Of a DNA stretch of 64,000 nt, positions 24,709-36,254 are shown piece by piece. The notes beneath the pieces are model-generated. The model searched no databases and had not been told where the DNA came from. It was given only the letters and a program-made list of their open reading frames with translations. Numbering within the stretch: position 1 is the stretch's first letter; every line of letters begins with the position of its first letter. This DNA is from Perkinsus olseni. Lineage: Eukaryota. A program made the translations under genes and the position numbers. The stretch spans positions 1-64,000 of the forward strand of contig JABANN010000106.1 of the NCBI GenBank assembly GCA_013115125.1. Direction: 5' to 3'.

Positions 24709-25565
24709 ATGCAAGGCGTCGTGTATTCTCCAGTCTCCACCACATCCTTCCAGCAGCCCTATGGGGCCCCTTCCACCTCGTACCACCGCGGAGGGCCTGC
24801 CACTCGATGGCAGAACTATCGATCGGCAACCACTACCACCACCGAGCCAGTTCCTGCGGCAGCCAAGCTAGCGTCAACTAGGGGGAAATATCCTTCCATA
24901 TCGGGTCAATTATGTCTTAACTTCACTAGGACTGGATATTGCCGTTACGGCGATCAGTGTTATCATTATCACGATCGCGATTCAGTAGCTTTCTGTAAAG
25001 GGTGGCTAGCCAATGGAACCTGTTCGCGTGGTGGGAAGTGCACGCTCACCCATCCCGACATAGCGGGGCCCAAGGACCCTCGACGAACTCCGGAATGCGG
25101 AATATTCTTGCGGTATGGAAAATGCCCGATGGCCGACAAATGCCAATATTTGCACGTTCATAAAAAGATTGATACGCCTGTCTGCAAGTCGTTCGAAAAA
25201 ATTGGATTTTGCGAGAAGGGTAAGATGAGTATCGGTTCTGCATCAGCCACCAGGCGGGGGCTCTTCATTTCCACGCGAGGTCACCGTTTCAACGCCTGCC
25301 TGGGCGGAAACGGTCGCGGCGAAGTTGAGCTTGTTTTTGGGTTTTTGTTTCAGGCTCGGCGTGTGAGAAGCTTCATTACACTGCTCCTATACGGCAACTC
25401 AAGCGAGAATCTTCCGACGACTCCGCCGACAGCAGCCAGCAGCCAGCTGAGGGCAACCCGAAGAAGCGGGCTAAGGGCCTTAGCAAAGCCGAGATCGAGC
25501 GGAAATTGGATGAAGAATGCATACGGGCATGGGAAGCCGGAAAGCTCATGAAAATGTACGATTAA
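24709..25565 (+). CDS. Tandem CCCH zinc-finger protein (4 fingers); intron 25220-25353
   Basis: Four C-x8(7)-C-x5-C-x3-H motifs; the fourth is completed by splicing (CEKG|SACEKLH). Confidence 0.88.
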
Positions 25566-25829
25566 ATGGTGAAGCAGCGATGTAAGGGCTTCTGCAACGG
25601 TGTCGAGTGGAATTCACCACCACCCGCTGTTGTCGATGTGCGACGGCCATTTATACCAAGTTGTGTAGCATTTCCCCTTGTGTGGGCTCCTCATACCACT
25701 CCATCTTGAGTTCGTAGTAGTACTTGGGCGTGAAGGGTATCCATCAGTTGAACTAGGCTTAAGGCCGATGGTTGAGAAGTCGGCAGGCATTAGCGAAGAC
25801 ACCGCTCGGTAACAGCGGGGCAGCGTTAG

Positions 25830-26928
25830 GGCCATGACACGACACTTAGATACTTCGAGGGAAAGGCCATTTGGGTGATCGGTGCTTCCTCGGGGCTTGG
25901 GAGGGCTATCGCTACGCACTTGATAAGGAGCGCTAAGCCGCGGTAATAGGAGTGACAATCGGCGTGAAGGGAGGAATGTATGCTGCCTTAGTGTGTTGGT
26001 AGTGAGTGCTCGGCGGAAATCGAGACTGGAAGCTGTAAAGGACCTCGCAGTCGCGCTGAATCCTGCGGTAGTACAGGGTAGTAGGAGCAGCTCGGGGTGA
26101 ATGATGAGGGCTAATCTATGAGCTCAAAATCCGGGGCAAATTCTCGGTCATGGGACAAGCCGTAGAACAGTGCCGCTAGTCTGTCTCTCCTAGGTGGACG
26201 TCGAGGTCGTACCAGTAGACCTTGCTAGCTCTTCCGATGATCAGCTGGCTGCAGTCGCAACGAGCGTTGCGTCACTTTGTGGAGGTACGCTACTGGTCTT
26301 GTCTTAGAGCATGATTCTCCCCCCTCAGAGGAAGGAGTCGATGTCCTGTTCAACTGTGCCGGGGTTGGCTACCGGGGAACAGCCCTGGACACTTCAATGG
26401 AGGTCCTCATCCGTCACGCAGCAGAATGCTGGCGTCTCGCTAACGGCCGCACTTCACGTCATTCAGGTGCTACGCGAACACATGCAGGTAAACTTCTTCG
26501 GACAAGTCGCTGTCGTCAAGGGACTGTTACCGAAATGGTATGAGACAGCCAAGTCCCGGAAGTTTCCTCCTCATTTAATACAGGTGAGCCTACTGGGACC
26601 TCCTCATTCCGATGAGGTGCCGCCTTTTCCAGGTCTCCAGCGTTCAGGGGAAGTTCGGTCAGGGGGGCCGCTCCGCCTACGCAGCAGCCAAACACGCACA
26701 GCTCGGGTAGGGTGTCGGGTCGAAGAGAAGACTACGAATACCTCATCGTTTCTATCCAGGTACTTTGATAGTCTCCGGGCAGAGATGGAGGCCGGTGGTA
26801 TCGGTCGTGTGACTGTGTGCCTGCCTGGCTACATCAACACGGAGCACTCCGAGAATGCGATGCTCAGTGACGGTTCGAGGAGTGGTCTGCACGACCAAAA
26901 CGCAGCCGCTGGAGCAAGCCCCGAGTGA
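25830..26928 (+). CDS. Short-chain dehydrogenase/reductase (DHRS7-like), multi-exon; ends approximate
   Basis: WVIGASSGLG, DVLFNCAG, VNFFG, VSSVQG..YAAAKHA, YFDSLRAE, PGYINT. Confidence 0.9.
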
Positions 26929-27649
26929 GCCGTCTGGGGTCCTCGTATTCCCGTTCTCACTCGCCGGGCCCTCCGGCGACCAACAGACTCATTGGTGACT
27001 TCGTGAGCTGTTCTGAAACTAGTTGCGTCTCGTACGCTGGACACCTATCCTTGTGTAGACGTCGGGTAGTGCGAAGCTCCCGTTTTCATTTATATCCTCC
27101 GATAAACTGTCATCTTGCCGCCGATTTACGCATTCAATAGAACACGCACTCAACGGACTTTCGCAAATTCCATCCGTTCTCCTCTGAGGAGAATCCTCAT
27201 CGCCCTGCTTTCAGATACGTCGGAAAGGACATCCTTTCCAAGGTCGCCTGCGGGCATCGAGAAGTCGTGAGCAGCCAAGCCAGCGGTAAACTCGGTGTTG
27301 TACTGCGGAACGTCATCCCCGAAGTAGCACCGTCACCACACCACAGCGTCATCATCCACGCCCTCCTCCTTTCAGTTATTCCTCCAACAAATGGCTCGGC
27401 GGTATCGCAAAAAAATCGGCGGCTCTCCACCGCCCTCCTCGTCAGTGAAGGGCCTCTTCCCCAGCCTCTGCGTATTTGCTATATTAGCGACGTTATCGTT
27501 CCTGTTCCTCCACTGACTGATTTACTCCCTTTTCTCGTCTGTATGTATTCAACCCATCCAGCACCCTCCTGTGTTCACTATAAGCAACCCGACAGTTCAG
27601 TCAATAGTGTGAAATGAGACATCATACACGTGGTGATACACACTTGTAG

Positions 27650-28544
27650 TCAGCAGCCTGCACAAGTCCCCTGCCGGGCCACACTATGCATCCCCGTTGC
27701 TAGCATTATCGCGCCCGCTGAGTCAGAATCGCCTGAGGTGAGAGCTCGCTTCTCTTGAGAGATCATCAGGAGCTACCTGGGAGCCCCTGAGGAGAGAATC
27801 GCCGATCATTCTCGTTCGCTCGCTGTACTGCAGCAGCGCCAGCGAGCTCAAAAACTTGGCTCACGCCGGTGCCGTTTTCGGCGGAGGCCATGACCACAGG
27901 ATAGTCAGGGCACGATAGATGCTCTTCCTTCATTCCAGTGATCAGTTCTATCATATCGGACTCCGTAAATGCATGCTCGGGGAGGTCGGTTTTATTGGCG
28001 ACGAAAACGAATGGAAACTTCTCGGCTGAGAGAATTGACCTCCGCATCGAGGCGGGCGCAGGCGTGAAGGCTACGCTCATCAGGATCAGCGTGCTTGAGG
28101 AAGTCCCGTCTCCAATCGAGAACGTTCCTGAGCCCATTCTGGCGGGAGACGTCGCAGACCAGAATGCAGGCATCAGCCCCTCGGTAGAAGGAGGCGCCCA
28201 AGGAGCGGAAACGCTCCTACAAGAGAGAGGTCGGATGTGCACAGCCGGAGTTCTCCTTGCCTGTCCAGCGGTGTCCCAGATCTGCATGTTAACCGCGCAT
28301 CGGCAGCCCGCCACTTGATCGGGTATAATATCTAGCTTCTTGCTGTAGAAGTCAGCGCCCACTGTCGGCTTGTAGCTGTGGTGCGAGAAGCTGCCGTGCA
28401 TGTACCTATCGCACCGTCACCGCATCCCTCGTATGGCAAGCCTCACCTCTGTATGAGGGAAGTCTTCCCGACTGCCGCGTCGCCTAATATGACCACTTTG
28501 ATGATTTTCACAATCGGGGGCGCCGTGGTGGGGTAGTTCCTCAT
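27650..28544 (-). CDS. Rab GTPase (Rab7-like), multi-exon
   Basis: GDAAVGKT, PTVGADF, IWDTAGQ|ERFRSLGASFYRGAD, ANKTD, C-terminal CAGC; one GC-AG intron. Confidence 0.9.
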
Positions 28545-31500
28545 GATACCTGAAGCATCGTCGAAATAGTGTCATCATTTGAGAGCTGCTGCCAGAACAC
28601 TCCGAGGCCAGACCAAGGCGGCGAGAACGAGCTAAAACAACAATTTGGAGCATTCAGACATCACTTAGACATCACTGTCCTTAATGGGAACTGAGGAATC
28701 ACTATAATCACCCATCAGATAAATTCAATGAGGAGTTTGCCCTTCTGGTGTAACAAGAGTTCCCCGCAAAGACCAGAATACCATGAACATAGCTGAGTGG
28801 GGGATCTATCGTGTATGTGTTTCAAGTCCAACGCCGTAAACCGGCCTAATCACTGAATAGTAATCAGTCCAGCACCGATGTATTTTGGTCTATCGCGTTA
28901 CCCACCTGTCGCCGAGAGTAGGCCCATACCTCGACCACCTCGCTGAGCGTAGTCCCTCGGAGATGAGCTCACGGTTACGTTAGCAACAGTGGGATTCTTC
29001 CCAACAACGTCAGCCTCCTCATGAGAGTTCGACTCGCTGGTAATCGGGCTCGAGAGCAGGCTGCTCGATCGGCTCTCCTCAGGGCTCTCACTGGCTGTCA
29101 ACCCCAGCCCTCCGCACTCACTAGACGATCCATCATCGTTGCCTCGCGAACCTGACTGCATGACACTGATGTCGCTGAGGCGCGACGCTTGGCCAGATCT
29201 TCGAGGGAACACTCCGATTCCGGACGAGGGCCCGAGACACCTCGAACGGTGTCTTTGGGAGGAGCAGTGTGGACGAAAGGATTCACCCACTATGCTGCTC
29301 ACGTGCCTCTGCCTCCGACAGAGGGGGCGCACTTGTGTCTTCCTGGGCAGGCTGCCTTGCCGTAGTGTCGCCCTCTTGAAGAGGGCCTAGGAGTCGAAAT
29401 CAGTATCGGAACTCACGATATACCGAATGAGACGATTAGCCCCTGTGGAAATTGGAGAAAGCCAACGATTCGATTCACCGCCTACTTTTCGCATCTTTTG
29501 AATCAGAAACGTCTGCTGCCTCAACGTGAACCTTGGTCGATTCCTCGGAGATGCTACCAGCGATGACGTCGTCTGGGACGGCCATTGCAGAAGGCAAGTA
29601 CACGACCAGAGGAGGCCACCGTCACGTCGTAACGCTCGGTATTGCCGAGTCGGCTGCACTATCATAAGGAGGCATTCAAGTCCACCGCCCACCCTCACTG
29701 GGACTTCATCCCGTCACAGAAAGGGTTCGCGGATTTCGGCCGAGTCTGAAAAAAACTACGGCGCGAAGCGACTCACCTGCCGAAGAAAGATGCGGAGAAA
29801 CTCGACAAAGGGCGGATCGTATGACCAGATTCGCGAGCTGTTGTTCCGAAAGGCAGCAGAGCCGAAACGAGCGCCGTCTCTACGGTAGAGTGAATCTACA
29901 ATCAGCATAGCTCAGCAGATTCTATGATAGAGGCCGCGCCTACTCACGCTGATAGCGCCGTTATACCACTACACAGGCATATCGCCGATTGACGCAACAA
30001 AACATGTCCAGAGTGATGATAACCTTCTCGTCCTAAACTGGTTAAGTTTGTCATCTTCTCGAGGATATGATGATGCAAACTACTGACGAATGTACACTGG
30101 TTAAGCATTTCGCTCTGACCAGACGGTGACACACCACTGGTGCGTCGTGGCAGCGTCGCCGTGAACTCAGTCTTATGATGATGAGGTACGACGAACACAA
30201 CCAAGGTTCATCCTACCGGAGAAGTGCTATCCCCACGTCTCCAGGCAGGGACGAAAGAAGAGAAGTGTGAAAAGACGAGGCAACAGAGAGAGCGCACCTT
30301 CGACGAGCAGCAGCAGCAGTGCCGTTCTTATATAACCTCTCAAGGGTCGAATGAGCTGCACCGAGCCAGCCAAGGGCGTACCAATATGGCCTAGGCTGAT
30401 GATGAGCTACTCCTCGGGCTCCTCATGCCTCGTTAATGTGATGGATAGACTAGGATCTGTGCTGTAACAGAATGTGCTGAGATGTGTACGTCGATACTTC
30501 ATAGCACCAACGGTTAGCAGGTCGCAGAAGTAAGTGTAGATGACGACGATCACGAAATGCTGTGAGCTGTGTAACAGCTTTCGGTAATGTAGCCCATCAG
30601 AGTCAGTCCAACTACCGGCCTATCGCGAGAGAAGCATCGTCAATGAAACGGTACCATACGCTTGCTTCTCAACGATAAACAACGACTTATGTTCTAGTGT
30701 AGAGGGCGAGATTCTGATAGGAAAAGGGTAAAATGGGTACTAGAAATACGAAGAGAATAACAAATAGACTTTGGCCGTTCTTTCACTACAGGCAACAAAG
30801 TACGACAAAGGATGAAGGGGGCGGCAACGAACGGCCGATGCATCAGCGGATATAGCTGAAAATGGATCTGGTCACCACCTCAAGGAAACTACTCATTGTG
30901 TCGAGCGTGAACCGTTACTTTCAGCGGCAGTCCAACTTTCGAAAAGTGGCAAGAGTCCACATTATGAGTGTAGTCCCCTGAAATACTCGCAGCTCCCGAA
31001 GCCGCCACTGCTGTTAGCCTGACAGCGGGAATGCAGGATGGGCGCCGCGAGTAGGGGTGATAGATCGAACGACTAGCTGTGCTAGTCTTGTTGTTTTGTT
31101 GAATAGAGGATACCAAGAGACGGCGCCGAGGCCGTCAGGAGAGAACATATTCACTGAAATGTGCGAAAATAATAATTCTCAGCATTGAGTATGGGCAACT
31201 ATACATACCTCGCATCAGTAGTGGTAACAGTACTACGACGAAACCAAACCAAACCGAAGTAGATAAATGCAGTAAAGACGACAACAACCACGACGACCAC
31301 GACGATGATGGACAGTGATAGCAGCACAGTGGGCTACATATGGACGCCCGGCCTCCAGTGAGCGGCCGATCAGAAAGTCCACAGTGGCGAGGACAAGGGA
31401 CGACAGCAGCAAGGCACTGTACTCGCGGTGACAGAAAGGGGGGCTGTGTAACCGAAGACATCACATAATGCATGGAAGACCTTCGATCGGGTCACCATGG

Positions 31501-31596
31501 GTTCATACAGGCTTATTTATAGTAGTAATAGCAATGCCGCGTCCCGTCACACAAAGAGCCACCAGTGATGGACTTAATGGCGTCAATTCATCATCA

Positions 31597-32315
31597 TCAC
31601 ACCGCCGCGCATATCGCAGTGCCCTCCACCCCGGTTGCTGTCGGCTTCCAGCGACAAAGCGGGCACGAGAAGTCATCGCCCTCATGCTTGATCCACTCTA
31701 CGAGACACTTGCCGTGATACGAGTGACCACATGGTAGCGTCCTGCAGCAGCACTCCTCTTCAACTACTACCTGCTTGCTGGGAGCGGTGGCCACCTCGCA
31801 TGGATCAAAATTGGTTGCAACAGTCTCGATAGAACTGATGGTGCTTGCCGATGAGATGCTAAGATCATTCACCGGATTAATCACCACCGACGACGACGAC
31901 GAGGAGGAGGAGGCAGCAGTAGCAGAAGAGGCGAGAGAAGAGGAGGAGGAGGAGGAGGAGCCCTTACGCTTAGCGTAAAACTCGCCTAAACAGATCGAGC
32001 ACGACTCCCCGCAAGGATTGCACGTCACAGGCGCGACCAGGTCCACATCAATGGTGACCTTCTTGTTGACCTTCTTCTTTCTGTCACCTCGAGCTATGGC
32101 CAGGCGAGCCGCACGAGAGTAGGTCGGCCTCGTTAGAAAGACGACCACCGTGAGGGTCGCAGAGCCCGCGAGAAGTACCAGCCAGAGGCCAGAACGGGTG
32201 ACGATGAAAAGAACGAGGGACACGGCTCCGACCACGGCAAACATGATGCACATGTAAAGATGCGCACTTAGAAGCTTCATAGACTCCCCGAAGCTCCTGA
32301 TCCCAGTCCTCCTGC

Positions 32316-32346
<31 letters not shown>

Positions 32347-32364
32347 AGTTGGTGCATCGGACAT
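31597..32364 (-). CDS. Membrane-anchored RING-H2 E3 ligase
   Basis: Two hydrophobic segments, then CSICL...LPCGHSYHGKCLVEW...CPLCR. Confidence 0.85.
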
Positions 32365-32670
32365 CCCTGCTATGAGCGAGGCAAGGTGATGCCTAGAACG
32401 GTCGATAAACAGGCACCGTAAACTGAAACAGAAACATGCACGATGTGAAAGATACGAGGTTGATTATAGGCTCACTCGGAACGAAAGATACGCCAAGGTC
32501 TACCGAAGGGAAATCCACCATCCGCAGCGCTATGGAGACAGCGGAACACAAAGTCCTATCAGATCCCCGCGCCATCCTCGAACGTCATCATCAAAGGGAT
32601 TCTGATCAGGGGTCGGGGAAGCAGGAACACCACAAACAAGAGAGCATCTTCAGAAACTTCAGTCATGAAT

Positions 32671-35370
32671 TCATACTGGCATCACCAAGCAATCTATCGT
32701 GTAGCGAAGAACTGACACCTCGGACCGCGTCCCACCGACCATGGCAGAGCCTTCGACCACAGCGTTAACGGCCTCCTGTACGCTCTCCTGGACGAGAGAA
32801 GGGGCCACTTCATCATCGGCACTGATGGCGTTGTTCAACGCATCATTTGCAGTGTGCAACTCGGCCAAGGTGAAGGCAATCAGGTCGACCAACGGCAGCA
32901 CATGGGCGATGTTGCGAGCGCCGGCAGGACTCCTCAGAGCCCCCCTCGAAACCAAAGTCAACAGCGAAGTAGGGCAGAGGCCATCCAAGGCGAGACCTCG
33001 AGCCCATCGGGTCAGCCGCTCTGCCGGATACTGAAACAACTGCGACACATACCCGTCCAAGGAAAAGCAGCTGCTGGTCGAAGGGCCCTCGAGCGCCAAC
33101 CACCGTGCACTGGCGATGTACCTCACCCTCTGGAGGCGAGACAGCGACCCCAGCTCGATCGGAGGCAACTTCAGTGCATCTGACCGCAGGCCTAGGACGG
33201 CTAGCTCCTCCAGGTGAGCGAGCCTCTCTGCCACGGTAGAATCCGCCGACCGGAACCGCTCAGCAACAAGATCTGTGAACTCAACTACATTATCAATAGC
33301 CTGCCTTTCCATCGCCGCCAAGAACCCAGTGCAAAGCTTCGGTGTCAATTGAACCCTCACCAAGGCGCCGAGCAGAGCCTGCCGATGCTCCTCCGAAAGC
33401 GACAGCGATGAGCACGCTCGAATCACGTGAATTAGGTCGCTGAACGACAGCTGCTCGGCACCCCGGCATGCCAGTGGCACCAGCTCACCCGCATAAACGG
33501 AATTTCGTGGCGCGTGACAAACCGCCGAGAGCATCAAGGCAGCATCTCTCGGATCAAGCTGAGCTGACCGAGCTGATATCCACTCCAGCAACGCCCGGCG
33601 AGCCGAGTTGTCCTCCTCCGGTAGGATGCCGCAGAGGGAATGATAGATAGACACGGCCGACGGTAGATCCAAAACTTCGTAGTCGATCAACCGTGCAAAG
33701 GACCGATCAACATAACGACAGCACCCCACAGCAATGTCTCGAAAATCTTCACCGCGCCTCGAAATCTTCCTCAATGCCCGCAGGGCCGTCGAGAGCTCCC
33801 CTATCGGAAGGTGTCTTCGGTTTTCCTCCGATAACATCCTTCGGGTAAGGTCTCGCCAGAGGGCCACATCGCCCAATTCCAAAGCGGCCATGCCTTGCAT
33901 ACAAATACATATTTGCTTGCTGTTTTCCGGCTCCCTCGCCAACGCCTTCGATACTCCTTCAACCACCCAGGCGAAGTCGCCCAGCTCAACTGCGCCGTTT
34001 TCTGACACCTCTAGCGCATCAAACGCCGCATTCAAAATGCACGCATAGTCCTGCAAAGTAGGAGTAGGCTGCGAGCTCAATGGGGGCCTCAAGTGCCTCT
34101 CCAGCGCCTCAGCCGGCAGCACCCCCGCTCGGATACACCGACCAACCGCTCTTGCAACCATCGCGTTGAAGCGATACTCCTCCCTAGAAGACTCCATCCC
34201 AGCATAGCGTTGGAAGAGCATCCCCAATACCCCCCGCCCCTCTTTAGTCAAACTTCCCTTCGCTCCAACAGACATTTGCACAGCAGCATTAAGAAACAAC
34301 GACAGCTCCTGTCGCTCGAAGACCCCTCGCCCTTGGCCCGGCCGGTCCAGACACGCCACCGCCTGGCGTAAAAGGAACTCCGTCAGGCGACCATCGACCG
34401 CTGGCAGCTTCGAATAGCTTCCCGCAATCGAACTCAGCCCTATCGGAGACATAGCCTTCTTCATCTTCATCAGGGCGTTCGCCGCCGCTGTGAAGACTGC
34501 CAGCTCCCACATCTCCAGCCGAGCGTACGCCTGTACCGTATTGCACAACTCCTGCTCACCGAACTCCCCCAACCTGTCCGGCAACACTCTCGCCATCTCC
34601 CTCATAACCTTCCGCCCACATCCCATGGGTAATCTCGAAAACGCCGAAGCTGCCGTGGCGAACTCGATCGGCTGAAATCGGCCAACCTCAGGTAGGAGCA
34701 AGACTTCCCCTACGAACTTGGCCAGGTCCTCATAGCCTCGGCCGTCCTTAGCTAGCTTGGCCACCGCACCAACAAGCACAGCGGCATCCCTCGGGGACCA
34801 CTTGACATTCAATCCGCCTCCGAGAAGGTGCTCCTGCAGGCAGTCCAAAAACGCCTTGATCGCTGGTCGCTTGGCAGTGGCGTTGAGATTTGCCAAAGAG
34901 GCAAGGAACTGGGCGAGATACCCCGGAGTGAACAGCACCATGTTCTGGCCAGCATGGGCGGCCGCAGCATCGCACAGCCGATCAGCCTCCCTCACCCCTC
35001 CCCTCGCTACGGCATTCAGAAACGCCGTTAAATCCGAGGGATGCAATTCCGTCACGCGCCGCAAAATCTCATCGCGCACTGTCGACCAGAGGCGACCGGC
35101 CCTATTGAAGTCCGCCCGGCCCTTCACTGCTGCCAACACATGCAGCTTGAACTCTTCATTCGAGAGTGCCCCTATCCGGTCATCAGAAAGAGCTGCAAGT
35201 ATCTCAGCCTTCCGCAGCTTGCTACCGTCCCTCCGGCCCTCCCAAGTGAACAGCAGCCGCCCATCCGGTACTCGCTGAACCAACGTCGAGTAAGGACGGC
35301 AGGAGAGAGCAAGTGATCGACGATAGCTGCGGCCTGGCTGGGCCTTCCCGACCATCAAGGCCATTGGCAT
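32671..35370 (-). CDS. HPR/OPR-like helical-repeat organellar RNA-binding protein, intronless, 899 aa
   Basis: Repeats such as FTPGYLAQFLASLANL, WSPRDAAVLVGAVAKL, FQPIEFATAASAFSRL, FGEQELCNTVQAYARL; basic N-terminus like a targeting peptide. Confidence 0.72.
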   Translation of the reverse strand: MPMALMVGKAQPGRSYRRSLALSCRPYSTLVQRVPDGRLLFTWEGRRDGSKLRKAEILAALSDDRIGALSNEEFKLHVLAAVKGRADFNRAGRLWSTVRDEILRRVTELHPSDLTAFLNAVARGGVREADRLCDAAAAHAGQNMVLFTPGYLAQFLASLANLNATAKRPAIKAFLDCLQEHLLGGGLNVKWSPRDAAVLVGAVAKLAKDGRGYEDLAKFVGEVLLLPEVGRFQPIEFATAASAFSRLPMGCGRKVMREMARVLPDRLGEFGEQELCNTVQAYARLEMWELAVFTAAANALMKMKKAMSPIGLSSIAGSYSKLPAVDGRLTEFLLRQAVACLDRPGQGRGVFERQELSLFLNAAVQMSVGAKGSLTKEGRGVLGMLFQRYAGMESSREEYRFNAMVARAVGRCIRAGVLPAEALERHLRPPLSSQPTPTLQDYACILNAAFDALEVSENGAVELGDFAWVVEGVSKALAREPENSKQICICMQGMAALELGDVALWRDLTRRMLSEENRRHLPIGELSTALRALRKISRRGEDFRDIAVGCCRYVDRSFARLIDYEVLDLPSAVSIYHSLCGILPEEDNSARRALLEWISARSAQLDPRDAALMLSAVCHAPRNSVYAGELVPLACRGAEQLSFSDLIHVIRACSSLSLSEEHRQALLGALVRVQLTPKLCTGFLAAMERQAIDNVVEFTDLVAERFRSADSTVAERLAHLEELAVLGLRSDALKLPPIELGSLSRLQRVRYIASARWLALEGPSTSSCFSLDGYVSQLFQYPAERLTRWARGLALDGLCPTSLLTLVSRGALRSPAGARNIAHVLPLVDLIAFTLAELHTANDALNNAISADDEVAPSLVQESVQEAVNAVVEGSAMVGGTRSEVSVLRYTIDCLVMPV

Positions 35371-36254
35371 CAGAAATGGTCACAACTGAGGGACAGACGA
35401 ACACCACTCCGCCCAAGAAAGCCCAGTAGAATCAGCTCTGAATTAAAAACGGCAACCACTCACCTTGCACACAAAGCAAACTGCTGCGCGCTTACCGAGG
35501 GATGACACGAAGCCCCTCCACCACCAGTGAGACCACAAACCAGAGCCAATGCCCAGCTATAAACTCAGCCCCTTTCAATGATCACAGATAAATGCCGTCC
35601 TGCTCCCCCTTCTCTTCCCCTTTATGCTCCCTCGGCCCCAACGGCAATTTCATCTTAGGCTGGCCGCAGCAGCCGTCTTCCTCTGGAAGGCCGAGCTTCC
35701 TGTTAATCGCTCGCAACTTGCGGAACTTCCGTTCCAGAACGTCCATGTTCTCCTCGATATACGAGTACCTGGAGGAGCTCTTCGTGCAACGCTCTTCTGC
35801 GTGATGCATCAGTCATCAGTAAACAGCCCTCTCCCAATCGACAACCAGACGATATTACAGTTCCCTAGCTTCCGTTAGATCATCACCTGACGCTGACCGG
35901 ATCTCTTCCGCCATCACGTCATTAGACTCATCTGAACACGATAAGATCTCTTAACTACCTTCGCGCGCCACGAAATTCCCTGGCAAGGGCGGGAAAAGCA
36001 TAAGACCTAACAAATTATCGAACCAGTATCCCTCCTCCCCCCAATCCTACACAACTTTTCAATCGACACCATAATGTCCTTCCGCAAGTCCAACAGCTCC
36101 TCCTCATGATTCGGCAGAGCATTCTCCTCCCTCTCACTCTCAGTAGGAGATACCTCCCCTCTCGGCGGTGGTGGAGCTGGTGGTCGCTGAACCATTACTA
36201 ACTGATAATCACCAACAACATCAGCCATCGCTTGCCGCCCCGTCACCACGACCA

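Noticed and set aside
28860-29770. Possible spliced minus-strand hypothetical gene
   Set aside because: Low-complexity ORFs only; boundaries not supportable.
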